DNA of 64,000 nt from Paracoccaceae bacterium (GCA_011389955.1 JAABTI010000001.1:17589-81588), one strand, 5' to 3'. Shown: positions 31,534 through 39,270, numbered from the stretch's first letter. The notes: generated by a model not told the origin, from the sequence alone. Program-made: numbers and translations.

Positions 31534-31898
31534 GCGATGGCCGCGCCGACGACCAGCCCTGCCTGCGCCTGCGGGTCGTGTTCGGGCCGGGGGCGATGCT
31601 GGGCCCGGGCAAGGCGGACCTTCTGGCCTTGATCGAGGAGACGGGCTCGATCTCGGCGGCGGGGCGACGGATGCGGATGAGTTACAAGCGCGCATGGACC
31701 TTGGTTGAAACGCTGAACACGCTCTTCGCGGCACCGCTGGTCGCCAGTAGCCGGGGCGGCGAGGGCGGCGGCGGCGCGCGGCTCACCGAGGTGGGGCGCG
31801 AGGTGCTGGCGCGCTACCGGGCGCTGGAGCGGCGCGCGGCCGATGCGGGGGCGGATGACATCGCGGCGCTGGAGGCCCTGCGCCGGGGGAATGGGTGA
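31530..31898 (+). CDS. ModE-type winged-HTH protein (no TOBE domains)
   Basis: LGPGKADLL..IEETGSISAAGR.M.MSYKRAW...GG..GGGARLT pattern; 122 aa. Confidence 0.85.
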   Translation: MSDGRADDQPCLRLRVVFGPGAMLGPGKADLLALIEETGSISAAGRRMRMSYKRAWTLVETLNTLFAAPLVASSRGGEGGGGARLTEVGREVLARYRALERRAADAGADDIAALEALRRGNG

Positions 31899-32151
31899 TT
31901 CGGTGGTTAACGCCCCTGTTTTGCAGGGTTTGGCACGTCTGCCCCCCGGTGGTCCCACGTCGGTATCGCGTCGGTACAGGCGCCAAGCCGGGCCCGCGTT
32001 AACGCGCCGCCCGCCGGGCAACACCACAAGATATGGCAAAGGGCCGATCACGCCCCCGGCCCCGCCGCCCGGGCCGGGGGCGGGCGGGTTAAGGCTCGAA
32101 GAAGAGGGGGAGTGCGCCGCGAGGAGCGCGGGCGATCGCTCCTGAGCGGGT

Positions 32152-32308
32152 AATGACCGCTGTCAGCCCGAAGCGGACCTAAGGTCCCAGACGCCGATTT
32201 GCGATAGCTGACCTTCGCTGCGCGGGTCACGAAGTGGTAAGATGCGGGACTTAGCTGCCGTGCGGAGTTTGAAAACGAACAACTGCTTTACAGCCCGAAG
32301 CGGGCACG
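32152..32308. repeat. Left array of 4 degenerate ~30-bp quasi-palindromic units
   Basis: Right arms AGCGGACCTA (32172), AGCTGACCTT (32206), AGCTGCCGTG (32253) and AGCGGGCACG (32299); exact 13-mer CAGCCCGAAGCGG at 32164 and 32291. Confidence 0.65.
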
Positions 32309-32338
32309 CAGTTCGCGGACCAGTTCGGCATTAAATCA

Positions 32339-33562
32339 CTAGTGAAACACTCGGAATATAGCGTTTAGGAGTTGATCCAATTCAGAAAATTCGGTCCGTA
32401 GAGCGATTGGGTCTCGAGCCTCCTTCATTTTGCCCAGAAACCGCTGCGTGATTTGGTCTTTGTGCTCCAACGCTCCTTGATAGCGACCTATCTGCTTGTT
32501 CCATCCAGTCCAACGGATAGGATGAAGCCTACCATTTCCATCGCTTAAAGCTTCCCTCCCCAAGAACAGTTCAATCGAGCTGGCAGTACCATTAACATCC
32601 ATCCGTCGTTCGCCTTCGGGACCGATTGTTGGATAGTCTTTTGCCAATTCAATCTCTGGCAGCACCATCGTCTTGATATTGTTCGGCAGCTCTTTGATGC
32701 TGTTGACAAAGCTCTGTTCAGCCAAACCTGCTGCATCGTTGTCAAACAGGGCTAAGATGGGTTGATCCAGCCTGACACCTGCAAGGGTCTTCACCATTTT
32801 GGTGAGCATAGAAGCACCACCGTCAATGCTGAACTCCTCAAAATCTAGGAATTGGAACATATCGGAAAACTCAGGATACAACGCCTGGATCGCCGTAGAT
32901 AAGATCTTGGTGTCAGACCTACCTTCCGTCAGGATGAGTACTGTGCCAGTTTCGCGTAGAAACTCTTGATCGTCATCCTCAAAGATATGCAATCGCCGTA
33001 GGTTCTGGTGGACGCTGAATTCAGGGTCGAACTCGTCAGCATATGATGCGAGGTCAGTCCAAACATACTCTGGCTTAAAATACTCGAGCTCGAGCGCTAA
33101 GCTTGCGAACATATCGACCAGATCAAACTCAACAAAGCCCCTTCGTATCCAATGATCATGGCCCAACGAATTTGCTCGTTCTAGCCAGCCCTCGAAGTTC
33201 AGGCCTTTTTGCGATGCAATGTCTTGATCAAGATCGATCCCATCGCGCTCGTTCATTTCTTCGAGCTTCTCAATGTGCTTTAGATACTCACGCTCCCAAA
33301 GTTCTCGACAACGCTCGTCAGTGTAGCCTTGGATATGTAGTCTGCGCCGCACGTTCTCTGCAGGTGCCAGCAGGTATGTCAGCTCGGTCTCTTCATCATC
33401 GAACCATTCGAGCGCTTTCTTCCGCACCACAGGATGGGCGGTTTTGACGGTACGTCGATACAAATCACCATTTGCAAAACACATTGTGCAGGCGTGCTGC
33501 CAGGCCATAGAGAGATCGCCAAATGCGCGTTCATCCAGATAGACATCGTTTTCGTCGCTCAC
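32339..33562 (-). CDS. Stand-alone OLD-like TOPRIM protein with a HEPN/TOPRIM-associated-type N-terminal region (407 aa); low GC, probably acquired
   Basis: GTG start at 33562 after a GAGGTG SD. TOPRIM motifs ILTEGRSD (catalytic E), DGG and ALFDND (DxD), plus YPTIGP, DVNG..SSIELFLG and YQG. GC is about 50% against about 67% in the flanks. Confidence 0.8.
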   Translation of the reverse strand: MSDENDVYLDERAFGDLSMAWQHACTMCFANGDLYRRTVKTAHPVVRKKALEWFDDEETELTYLLAPAENVRRRLHIQGYTDERCRELWEREYLKHIEKLEEMNERDGIDLDQDIASQKGLNFEGWLERANSLGHDHWIRRGFVEFDLVDMFASLALELEYFKPEYVWTDLASYADEFDPEFSVHQNLRRLHIFEDDDQEFLRETGTVLILTEGRSDTKILSTAIQALYPEFSDMFQFLDFEEFSIDGGASMLTKMVKTLAGVRLDQPILALFDNDAAGLAEQSFVNSIKELPNNIKTMVLPEIELAKDYPTIGPEGERRMDVNGTASSIELFLGREALSDGNGRLHPIRWTGWNKQIGRYQGALEHKDQITQRFLGKMKEARDPIALRTEFSELDQLLNAIFRVFH

Positions 33563-33665
33563 GAATTCACCTCGTTTTTTTGGACTACCGATTGCACGCA
33601 TGCGGACCAAAGGCCAATAAGGCGATAATGTACTCGATTGATCTTGATGCAGAAAGACGCATTGC

Positions 33666-33872
33666 TACGTCCGCTTTTATCCCATCTATGCCACTAATGT
33701 CAGACGCAGCATCCGGAACTATGGGCTCGCACCCGGCATTAGCTGCATTTAATTTGAAGGTCCGCTGTCGGGAAACGGCCTCAAATTTGCAAACCCCGCT
33801 CCCTGCGCATAGCTGCCGTTCGTGCACATTGCGGCGTTGGTCAACATGGCTTCGAGCGGAACCTTCGCCGCA
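33666..33872. repeat. Right array of 5 degenerate ~30-bp quasi-palindromic units
   Basis: Left arms at 33666, 33711, 33757 (AAGGTCCGCT), 33791 and ~33836; right arms AGCTGCCGTT (33811) and AGCGGAACCTT (33855). Shares TAGCTGCCGT, ACCTTCGC and CCGCTGTC with the left array. Confidence 0.65.
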
Positions 33873-34004
33873 CCATGCGCCGGGGCCGCAGTGAGGCGAA
33901 GGGGGTGTTCGGGTTGGTTTTGGAGCGTGGTCGAGGTGGTCTTGAGCGGAGATGCCGTATAGCACCCTACGCGGAATCAAGGCCGCAGGCCGCCGCGCGT
34001 CGCC

Positions 34005-34059
34005 GGGCCGCCCGTCGCACCGAAGGTGCGCGGCCCATCATCGGCACGCCTCTGGCGTG
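34005..34059. repeat. REP-like double hairpin
   Basis: GGGCCG..CGCACC-GAA-GGTGCG-CGGCCC followed by CACGCC-TCT-GGCGTG. Confidence 0.45.
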
Positions 34060-34196
34060 ACGGCACGGCGATTTGGCTGGCGGCAGCGCAACGCATGAAT
34101 GTTATTCGGACCCGGCTGGCATGAAGCGCCCCGCACCGACGGTGGATCGCCGCACCGCGGCCCGGCGAGGCGCGGCTGGTCAACCGGGCGCCGCGC

Positions 34197-35339
34197 TCAC
34201 CCCACCCGCAGCCCCCGCACCCATGTGCCGCGCAGCACCGGCGTGCCGTCGATGCGGGCGACGCGCACGAGGTCGGCGCGCAGGCCCGGGGCGATGCGCC
34301 CCCGGTCCGTCAGGCCGGTGGCGCGGGCTGGCGCGTCGGTGACGGTGGCGATGCCGCGCGCCATGTCATCCCACAGATCGCCCAGCATCACCGCCGCCGA
34401 CAGCAGCGCCGAGGGCACGTAATCGGACGACATGATGTCGATCAGCCCGGCCCCGGCCAGGTCCGCGGCGGCCACGTTGCCGGAATGCGAGCCGCCGCGG
34501 ATCAGGTTGGGCGCGCCCATCATCACCGCGATCGCGTGCGCGTGGCAGGCGGCGGCGGCCTCTTGCGTGGTGGGGAACTCGGCGATGGTGGCGCCGTGGC
34601 CGGCCGATGTGGCCACCTGCGCGGCGGTGGTGTCGTCGTGGCTGGCCAGGGTCGCGCCAAGGCGGTGGGCGGCGGCCACCGCGCCGGCCTCGTGCGCGGC
34701 GCCGAGCCTTTGGCGCAAGCTGCGCTGGTTGGCGACGTGATCGGCGAATTCATCCTCGGACAGGCCATGCTTGCCGCACACGTAGGTCCGGAGCTTGTCG
34801 ATGTCGCGGAACTGGCGTTCACCGGGGGTGTGATCCATCAGGCTGACGATGCCGACGCGGTCCTCGGCGGTGAACTCGTCGAGTTCGTCGAGCAGGGTTT
34901 CCGAGCAGACCTCGGCGCGCAGGTGCAGGTAGTGGCTGATCCTCAGGGCGTCGCGCGCGCGCAGGTCCATGAGTTCGCTGGCCAGTTGGCGGGCGTATTT
35001 GCCGTAGTTGGTGCGCTCGTTGCTGACGACGGAGCCCACGCGCATCGCGTCGAACACGGTGGTGATGCCGGTGCCGGCCAGCTCGGCGTCGTGAGCGACG
35101 ATGGCGCTGGCATGGGGCCAGTTGACGCCGGGGCGCGGCGCGATGTGGCGTTCGAGGTTGTCGGTGTGCAACTCCACCAGCCCCGGCAGCAGCATGTCGC
35201 CGTGCATGTCGAGCGCGCCGCGTGGCATGGCAGCGGCGGTGTCGATGTCGTGGATCACGCCGTCGCGCAGGCAGACCGCCCCGGAGACGGTGCTGTCGGG
35301 CAGCACCAGCGTGGCGTTGGCGAGGATCGTTTCGGTCAT
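34197..35339 (-). CDS. phnM: Alpha-D-ribose 1-methylphosphonate 5-triphosphate diphosphatase
   Basis: PGLVELHTDNLE, MDHTPG.RQF, ASHDD, GAPN..RGGSHSGN and SSDYVP motifs. Confidence 0.95.
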   Translation of the reverse strand: MTETILANATLVLPDSTVSGAVCLRDGVIHDIDTAAAMPRGALDMHGDMLLPGLVELHTDNLERHIAPRPGVNWPHASAIVAHDAELAGTGITTVFDAMRVGSVVSNERTNYGKYARQLASELMDLRARDALRISHYLHLRAEVCSETLLDELDEFTAEDRVGIVSLMDHTPGERQFRDIDKLRTYVCGKHGLSEDEFADHVANQRSLRQRLGAAHEAGAVAAAHRLGATLASHDDTTAAQVATSAGHGATIAEFPTTQEAAAACHAHAIAVMMGAPNLIRGGSHSGNVAAADLAGAGLIDIMSSDYVPSALLSAAVMLGDLWDDMARGIATVTDAPARATGLTDRGRIAPGLRADLVRVARIDGTPVLRGTWVRGLRVG

Positions 35340-35379
35340 GATTGGGGGTCTTTCGTTTTGGCGCGGTGATAGGGTAGCA

Positions 35380-35399
35380 CTGTCACAAAACGGTGACAG
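35380..35399. promoter_or_regulatory. Pho box readable on both strands between divergent phnM and DUF1045
   Basis: CTGTCAC-aaaa-CGGTGAC on the plus strand and CTGTCAC-cgtt-TTGTGAC on the minus strand; perfect CTGTCAC-N6-GTGACAG inverted repeat. Confidence 0.75.
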
Positions 35400-35419
35400 C
35401 CACGGGCTAGGGCGGCGGC

Positions 35420-36109
35420 ATGGAAGATTTCCCCAGATACGCGATCTATTACGCGCCTGCCCCCGGCCCGCTGGCGGATTTCGGGGCGGCATGGCTGGGA
35501 TGGGATGCGCAGGCGGGGTGCGCCGTGCCCCACCCGCAGGTGCCCGACCTTCCCTGCCCGGTGGAAGAGTTGACGCGGCAGCCGCGCAAGTACGGGTTTC
35601 ACGGCACGCTCAAGCCGCCGTTCCGGCTGGTCGAGGGGCAAGGACCGGAGGACCTGGCAGAGGGGGTGCGCCTGCTGGCCGCGCGGCTGGCGCCAGTGCG
35701 GCTGGACGGGTTGCAACTGGACCAGATCGGCGGGTTCATGGCGCTGACGCCGGTGGGCGACGTGGCGCCGCTGGCGGAACTGGCCGGTGCGGTGGTGACG
35801 GGGCTGGACGGGTATCGCGCGCCGCTGACCGCCGGGGAGGTCGCCCGGCGCCGGCCTGATCGGCTCAGTCCCCGGCAGCGCGCCAACCTCGACCACTGGG
35901 GGTATCCATACGTCCTTGAAGAGTTCCGGTTTCACCTGACCCTGACCGGGCCGCTGGACCAGGCGCGGCTGGATGCGGTGCGCGCGGCTCTTGCGCCGAT
36001 GCTGGAGCCGGTGGTACCGCAGCCATTCGACGTGTCCGACATCTGCCTTTTCGGCGAGGGCAGGGATGGCCGTTTCCGGCTGATCCATCGCTACGCCCTT
36101 TCCTGTTGA
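35420..36109 (+). CDS. DUF1045 phosphonate-metabolism protein (2H phosphoesterase-like)
   Basis: RYAIYYAP, PRKYGFHGTLKPPF and WGYPYV.EEFRFHLTLT; two HxT motifs. Confidence 0.9.
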   Translation: MEDFPRYAIYYAPAPGPLADFGAAWLGWDAQAGCAVPHPQVPDLPCPVEELTRQPRKYGFHGTLKPPFRLVEGQGPEDLAEGVRLLAARLAPVRLDGLQLDQIGGFMALTPVGDVAPLAELAGAVVTGLDGYRAPLTAGEVARRRPDRLSPRQRANLDHWGYPYVLEEFRFHLTLTGPLDQARLDAVRAALAPMLEPVVPQPFDVSDICLFGEGRDGRFRLIHRYALSC

Positions 36110-36639
36110 AGCGCATCGAGAACGCGATCCACGGCGTCGGTCAGAGCGCCGGAATTGTCGATCTCGATCACCGGCAAACCGGGCGGCAGAGGCTGTGCCG
36201 CGCGTTCCAGTCGCGCGGCGATCTGGCTGGCATCCTCGCGCCCGCGGGCGGACAGGCGTTGCGTCAGAACGGCGACCGGGGCGGTGACCATGAGCACATG
36301 CAGGTCAGGATACCGCGCTGCCGCCTGGGCCAGTCCCGCGCGCGAGCCGTTGAACAACACGTCGCGTCCAGCGGCAAGATCCGCGTCGATGCTGGCGGGG
36401 ATACCGTAGCGCAGGCCATGCGCCTGCCAGTGGATGACGAGTGATCCCGCCTCCAGGTGGGCGTCGAAGGTGGCGTCGTCCACGCCGTCGAAGGCCTCGC
36501 CACCCGCGGACGCGGGACGGGTGATCATGCGCCGCGCCCGGACGAGATCCGGGCGCGCACGGCAGGTTGCCTCGAGCAGGGTATCCTTGCCCGCGCCGGA
36601 GGGGCCGACCACGGCAAACAGGCGCCCCGGGCGGCTCAT
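36091..36639 (-). CDS. phnN: Ribose 1,5-bisphosphokinase
   Basis: VVGPSGAGKDTL, WQAHGLRYGI and NGSR motifs. Confidence 0.93.
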   Translation of the reverse strand: MSRPGRLFAVVGPSGAGKDTLLEATCRARPDLVRARRMITRPASAGGEAFDGVDDATFDAHLEAGSLVIHWQAHGLRYGIPASIDADLAAGRDVLFNGSRAGLAQAAARYPDLHVLMVTAPVAVLTQRLSARGREDASQIAARLERAAQPLPPGLPVIEIDNSGALTDAVDRVLDALQQERA

Positions 36640-37316
36640 GCGGCCACCGGCGTGAAACGGCCGACATCGACTTCGCGATCGCAGACCTGTGCGCGCGCCT
36701 CGGCGTCGTGGAAGATCCCGACGATCGCGGCCCCGCGCGCCTTGGCTTCCTCGATCAGGGAAAGCACCACTGCGCCGTTGGTGGCATCGAGGCTTGCGGT
36801 CGGCTCGTCCAGCAGCAGGGCCGGGTAGTCATGGGCGAAGCCGCGCGCGATGTTCACGCGTTGCTGCTCGCCCCCCGAGAAGGTGGTGGGCGAGAGGGGC
36901 CAGAGATGTTCGGGGATGTTGAGCCGCGTCAGAAGCCCGCGCGCGCGGTCGCGCGCCGCCTGCGCGTCGGTGCCCAGCGTAATCAGCGGCTCCGCCACCA
37001 CGTCCAGCGTCGAGACGCGCGGAACCACGCGCAGGAACTGGCTGACATAGCCCAGGACATCGCGGCGCAGCGCCAGGATCTCGCGCGGGGCGGCGCGGGC
37101 CACGTCGGTGGTGCCCACGGTGATGCGTCCGTCATCGGCCAGGTAATTGCCATATATCATGCGCATCAGGGTCGATTTGCCGGTGCCCGACGGGCCGAAC
37201 AGCGCCACGCATTCGCCCGGCGCCACCCTCAGCGTCGCCCCCGACATGACGGGAATCGACGCGCCACCCTGGTTGTGCAGGGTGAAACTCTTGCTGACGT
37301 TTTCCAGTTCGATCAT
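36636..37316 (-). CDS. phnL: C-P lyase system ATPase PhnL
   Basis: KSFTLHNQGG, YVSQFLRVVPRV and [13 protein letters not shown] motifs; start at MIEL after AAGGA. Confidence 0.94.
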   Translation of the reverse strand: MIELENVSKSFTLHNQGGASIPVMSGATLRVAPGECVALFGPSGTGKSTLMRMIYGNYLADDGRITVGTTDVARAAPREILALRRDVLGYVSQFLRVVPRVSTLDVVAEPLITLGTDAQAARDRARGLLTRLNIPEHLWPLSPTTFSGGEQQRVNIARGFAHDYPALLLDEPTASLDATNGAVVLSLIEEAKARGAAIVGIFHDAEARAQVCDREVDVGRFTPVAA

Positions 37317-37387
37317 GGTCCGGTCCTTCATCTGGGTCATAATCCTCCGGCGGAGGGTTGCGTGATCCACGCGAGGGCGTGTTGCCC

Positions 37388-38158
37388 TTAAACCTGTAGC
37401 ACGCTGGAGACCAGCAACTGGGTATAGCCGTGTTGCGGGTCGTCCAGCACCTGGTCGGTCAACCCCTGTTCGACCACGTGGCCGTCCTTCATCACCATCA
37501 GCCGGTCGGCCAGCAGGCGCACCACGGCCAGATCGTGCGTGACGATCACCGCCGACAATCCCATCTGCCGCACCAGCCCGCGCAACAGGTCCAGCAGGCG
37601 CGCCTGCACGCTCACGTCCAGCCCGCCGGTGGGTTCGTCCATGAACACCAGGCGCGGACCGGTCACGAGGTTGCGCGCGATTTGCAGGCGTTGCTGCATG
37701 CCGCCCGAAAAGGCGCCGGGGCGGTCATCCATCCGGTCGGCGGTGATTTCCACCCGGTCCAGCCAATCCTCGGCCCGGGCGCGGATGTTGCCGTAGTTGC
37801 GCGCGCCGACCGCCATCAGCCGCTCGCCCACGTTGCCGCCCGCCGACACGCCCATGCGCAACCCGTCGCGTGCGTTCTGGTGCACGAAGGCCCAGTCGGT
37901 GCGCGCCAGCATCCGGCGCTCGGCCTCGCTCATCGTCAGGGTGTCGCGGGGGCCGTCGATGCGGGTGTCGAACAGCACTTCGCCGGTGTCGGGGGCAAGG
38001 TGGCCGGCAAGACAGCCGAGCAGGGTGGACTTGCCCGAGCCGCTTTCGCCGACGATTCCCATCACCTCGCCCGGCCAGAGGGTGAAGCCGACATCCTTGC
38101 AGCCAATCCGTGCGCCGTAGGTCTTGGTGATGGCGCGCACATCCAGAAGCGGGGTCAT
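37388..38158 (-). CDS. phnK: C-P lyase system ATPase PhnK
   Basis: GESGSGKST, VSAGGNVGERLM, FSGGMQQRLQIARNL and DQVLDDPQH motifs. Confidence 0.95.
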   Translation of the reverse strand: MTPLLDVRAITKTYGARIGCKDVGFTLWPGEVMGIVGESGSGKSTLLGCLAGHLAPDTGEVLFDTRIDGPRDTLTMSEAERRMLARTDWAFVHQNARDGLRMGVSAGGNVGERLMAVGARNYGNIRARAEDWLDRVEITADRMDDRPGAFSGGMQQRLQIARNLVTGPRLVFMDEPTGGLDVSVQARLLDLLRGLVRQMGLSAVIVTHDLAVVRLLADRLMVMKDGHVVEQGLTDQVLDDPQHGYTQLLVSSVLQV

Positions 38159-39027
38159 GCTGCGTCCTCCTTGTCGTGGCCGGCCGCGCGCCGGGTCTGG
38201 CAGTGATCGGTATCGGAACAGACGAACATGCGTGTGCCGGCGTCGTCGGTGATGACCTCGTCCAGGTAGCTGTGGGTGTCGCCGCACAGCGCGCAGGGCG
38301 CATCGGCCTTGGACGGGTCGAACGGATGATCCTCGAAATCCAGGCTGACCACGCGGGTATGGGGCGGCAGGGCATAGATGCGCTGCTCGCGTCCCGCGCC
38401 GAAAAGCTGGATCGCGGCGCAATCCGACAGCTTGGGGTTGTCGAACTTCGGGATCGGCGACGGGTCCATCACGTAGCGTCCCTCGACCTGCACGGGGTAG
38501 GCGTAGGAGGTGGCGATATGACCATGGCGCGCGATGTCCTCGTAGAGCTTGACATGCATCAGCCCGTATTCGGACAGTTCGTGCATCTTGCGGGTTTCCA
38601 CCTCGGACGGTTCGAGAAAGCGCAGCGGCTCGGGGATCGGCACCTGGTAGATCAGGATCTGGTCTTCGGTCAGCGGCGTTTCGGGAACCCGGTGGCGGGT
38701 CTGGATCACGCTGGCCTCTTGCGTGCGCTCTGTGGTGGCGATGCGCGCGGTCTTTTCAAAGAACTTGCGGATCGAGACCGCGTTGGTGGTGTCGTCGGCG
38801 CCCTGATCGATCACCTTGAGCCGGTCGTCAGGCGTCAGCGTCGCGGCGCTGAGCTGCACGCCGCCGGTGCCCCAGCCGTAGGGCATGGGCATCTCGCGGC
38901 TCGCGAACGGCACCTGGTAGCCGGGGATCGCCAGCCCCTTGAGGATGGCGCGGCGGATCATGCGCTTGGTCTGTTCGTCGAGATAGGCGAAGTTGTAGGC
39001 CGCCACATTTTCGCTCGTATTGTTCAT
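38155..39027 (-). CDS. phnJ: Alpha-D-ribose 1-methylphosphonate 5-phosphate C-P lyase
   Basis: YNFAYLDEQTKRMIRR, GWGTGG and CALCG...CSDTDHC Fe-S cysteines. Confidence 0.97.
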   Translation of the reverse strand: MNNTSENVAAYNFAYLDEQTKRMIRRAILKGLAIPGYQVPFASREMPMPYGWGTGGVQLSAATLTPDDRLKVIDQGADDTTNAVSIRKFFEKTARIATTERTQEASVIQTRHRVPETPLTEDQILIYQVPIPEPLRFLEPSEVETRKMHELSEYGLMHVKLYEDIARHGHIATSYAYPVQVEGRYVMDPSPIPKFDNPKLSDCAAIQLFGAGREQRIYALPPHTRVVSLDFEDHPFDPSKADAPCALCGDTHSYLDEVITDDAGTRMFVCSDTDHCQTRRAAGHDKEDAA

Positions 39028-39112
39028 GAAATCGACCCTTTCAGTCATCATTCCGCCGGTTTGTGGGGTTACCGAGGGCCTCGTGACTCAACCGGTAAAA
39101 GGAATTGGACAA

Positions 39113-39256
39113 ATGACAATGACAATGGTGCTCATCGCGATGGCGGTGCTTTTCACCGCCTACCTCGCAGGAAAGATCCTGATGGAGGTCTTTCCCGACT
39201 CCGGGTTCGGGAAACGCAGGGGCGCAATTGCCAAAGGCGACGAACCGGCCGAATGA
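39113..39256 (+). CDS. Putative 47-aa single-TM small protein, antisense within the phn operon
   Basis: AAAGGA SD; MTMTMVLIAMAVLFTAYLAGKILMEVFPDSGFGKRRG...; fills most of the phnI-phnJ gap. Confidence 0.5.
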   Translation: MTMTMVLIAMAVLFTAYLAGKILMEVFPDSGFGKRRGAIAKGDEPAE

Positions 39257-39270
39257 GATCGCGGCCGGGG

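Noticed and set aside
32339-33562. DnaG primase, topoisomerase or full OLD/Gabija assignment
   Set aside because: No zinc-binding, RNAP-like, topoisomerase or ATPase domain, and no partner gene adjacent.
32152-33872. CRISPR array or integron attC interpretation of the flanking repeats
   Set aside because: The units are too degenerate, spacers are only about 16 nt, no cas or intI gene is present, and there are no RYYYAAC/GTTRRRY ends.
33523-33980. ORFs 33523..33894 (+) and 33585..33980 (-)
   Set aside because: They overlap the repeat array and have no recognisable motifs; probably spurious.
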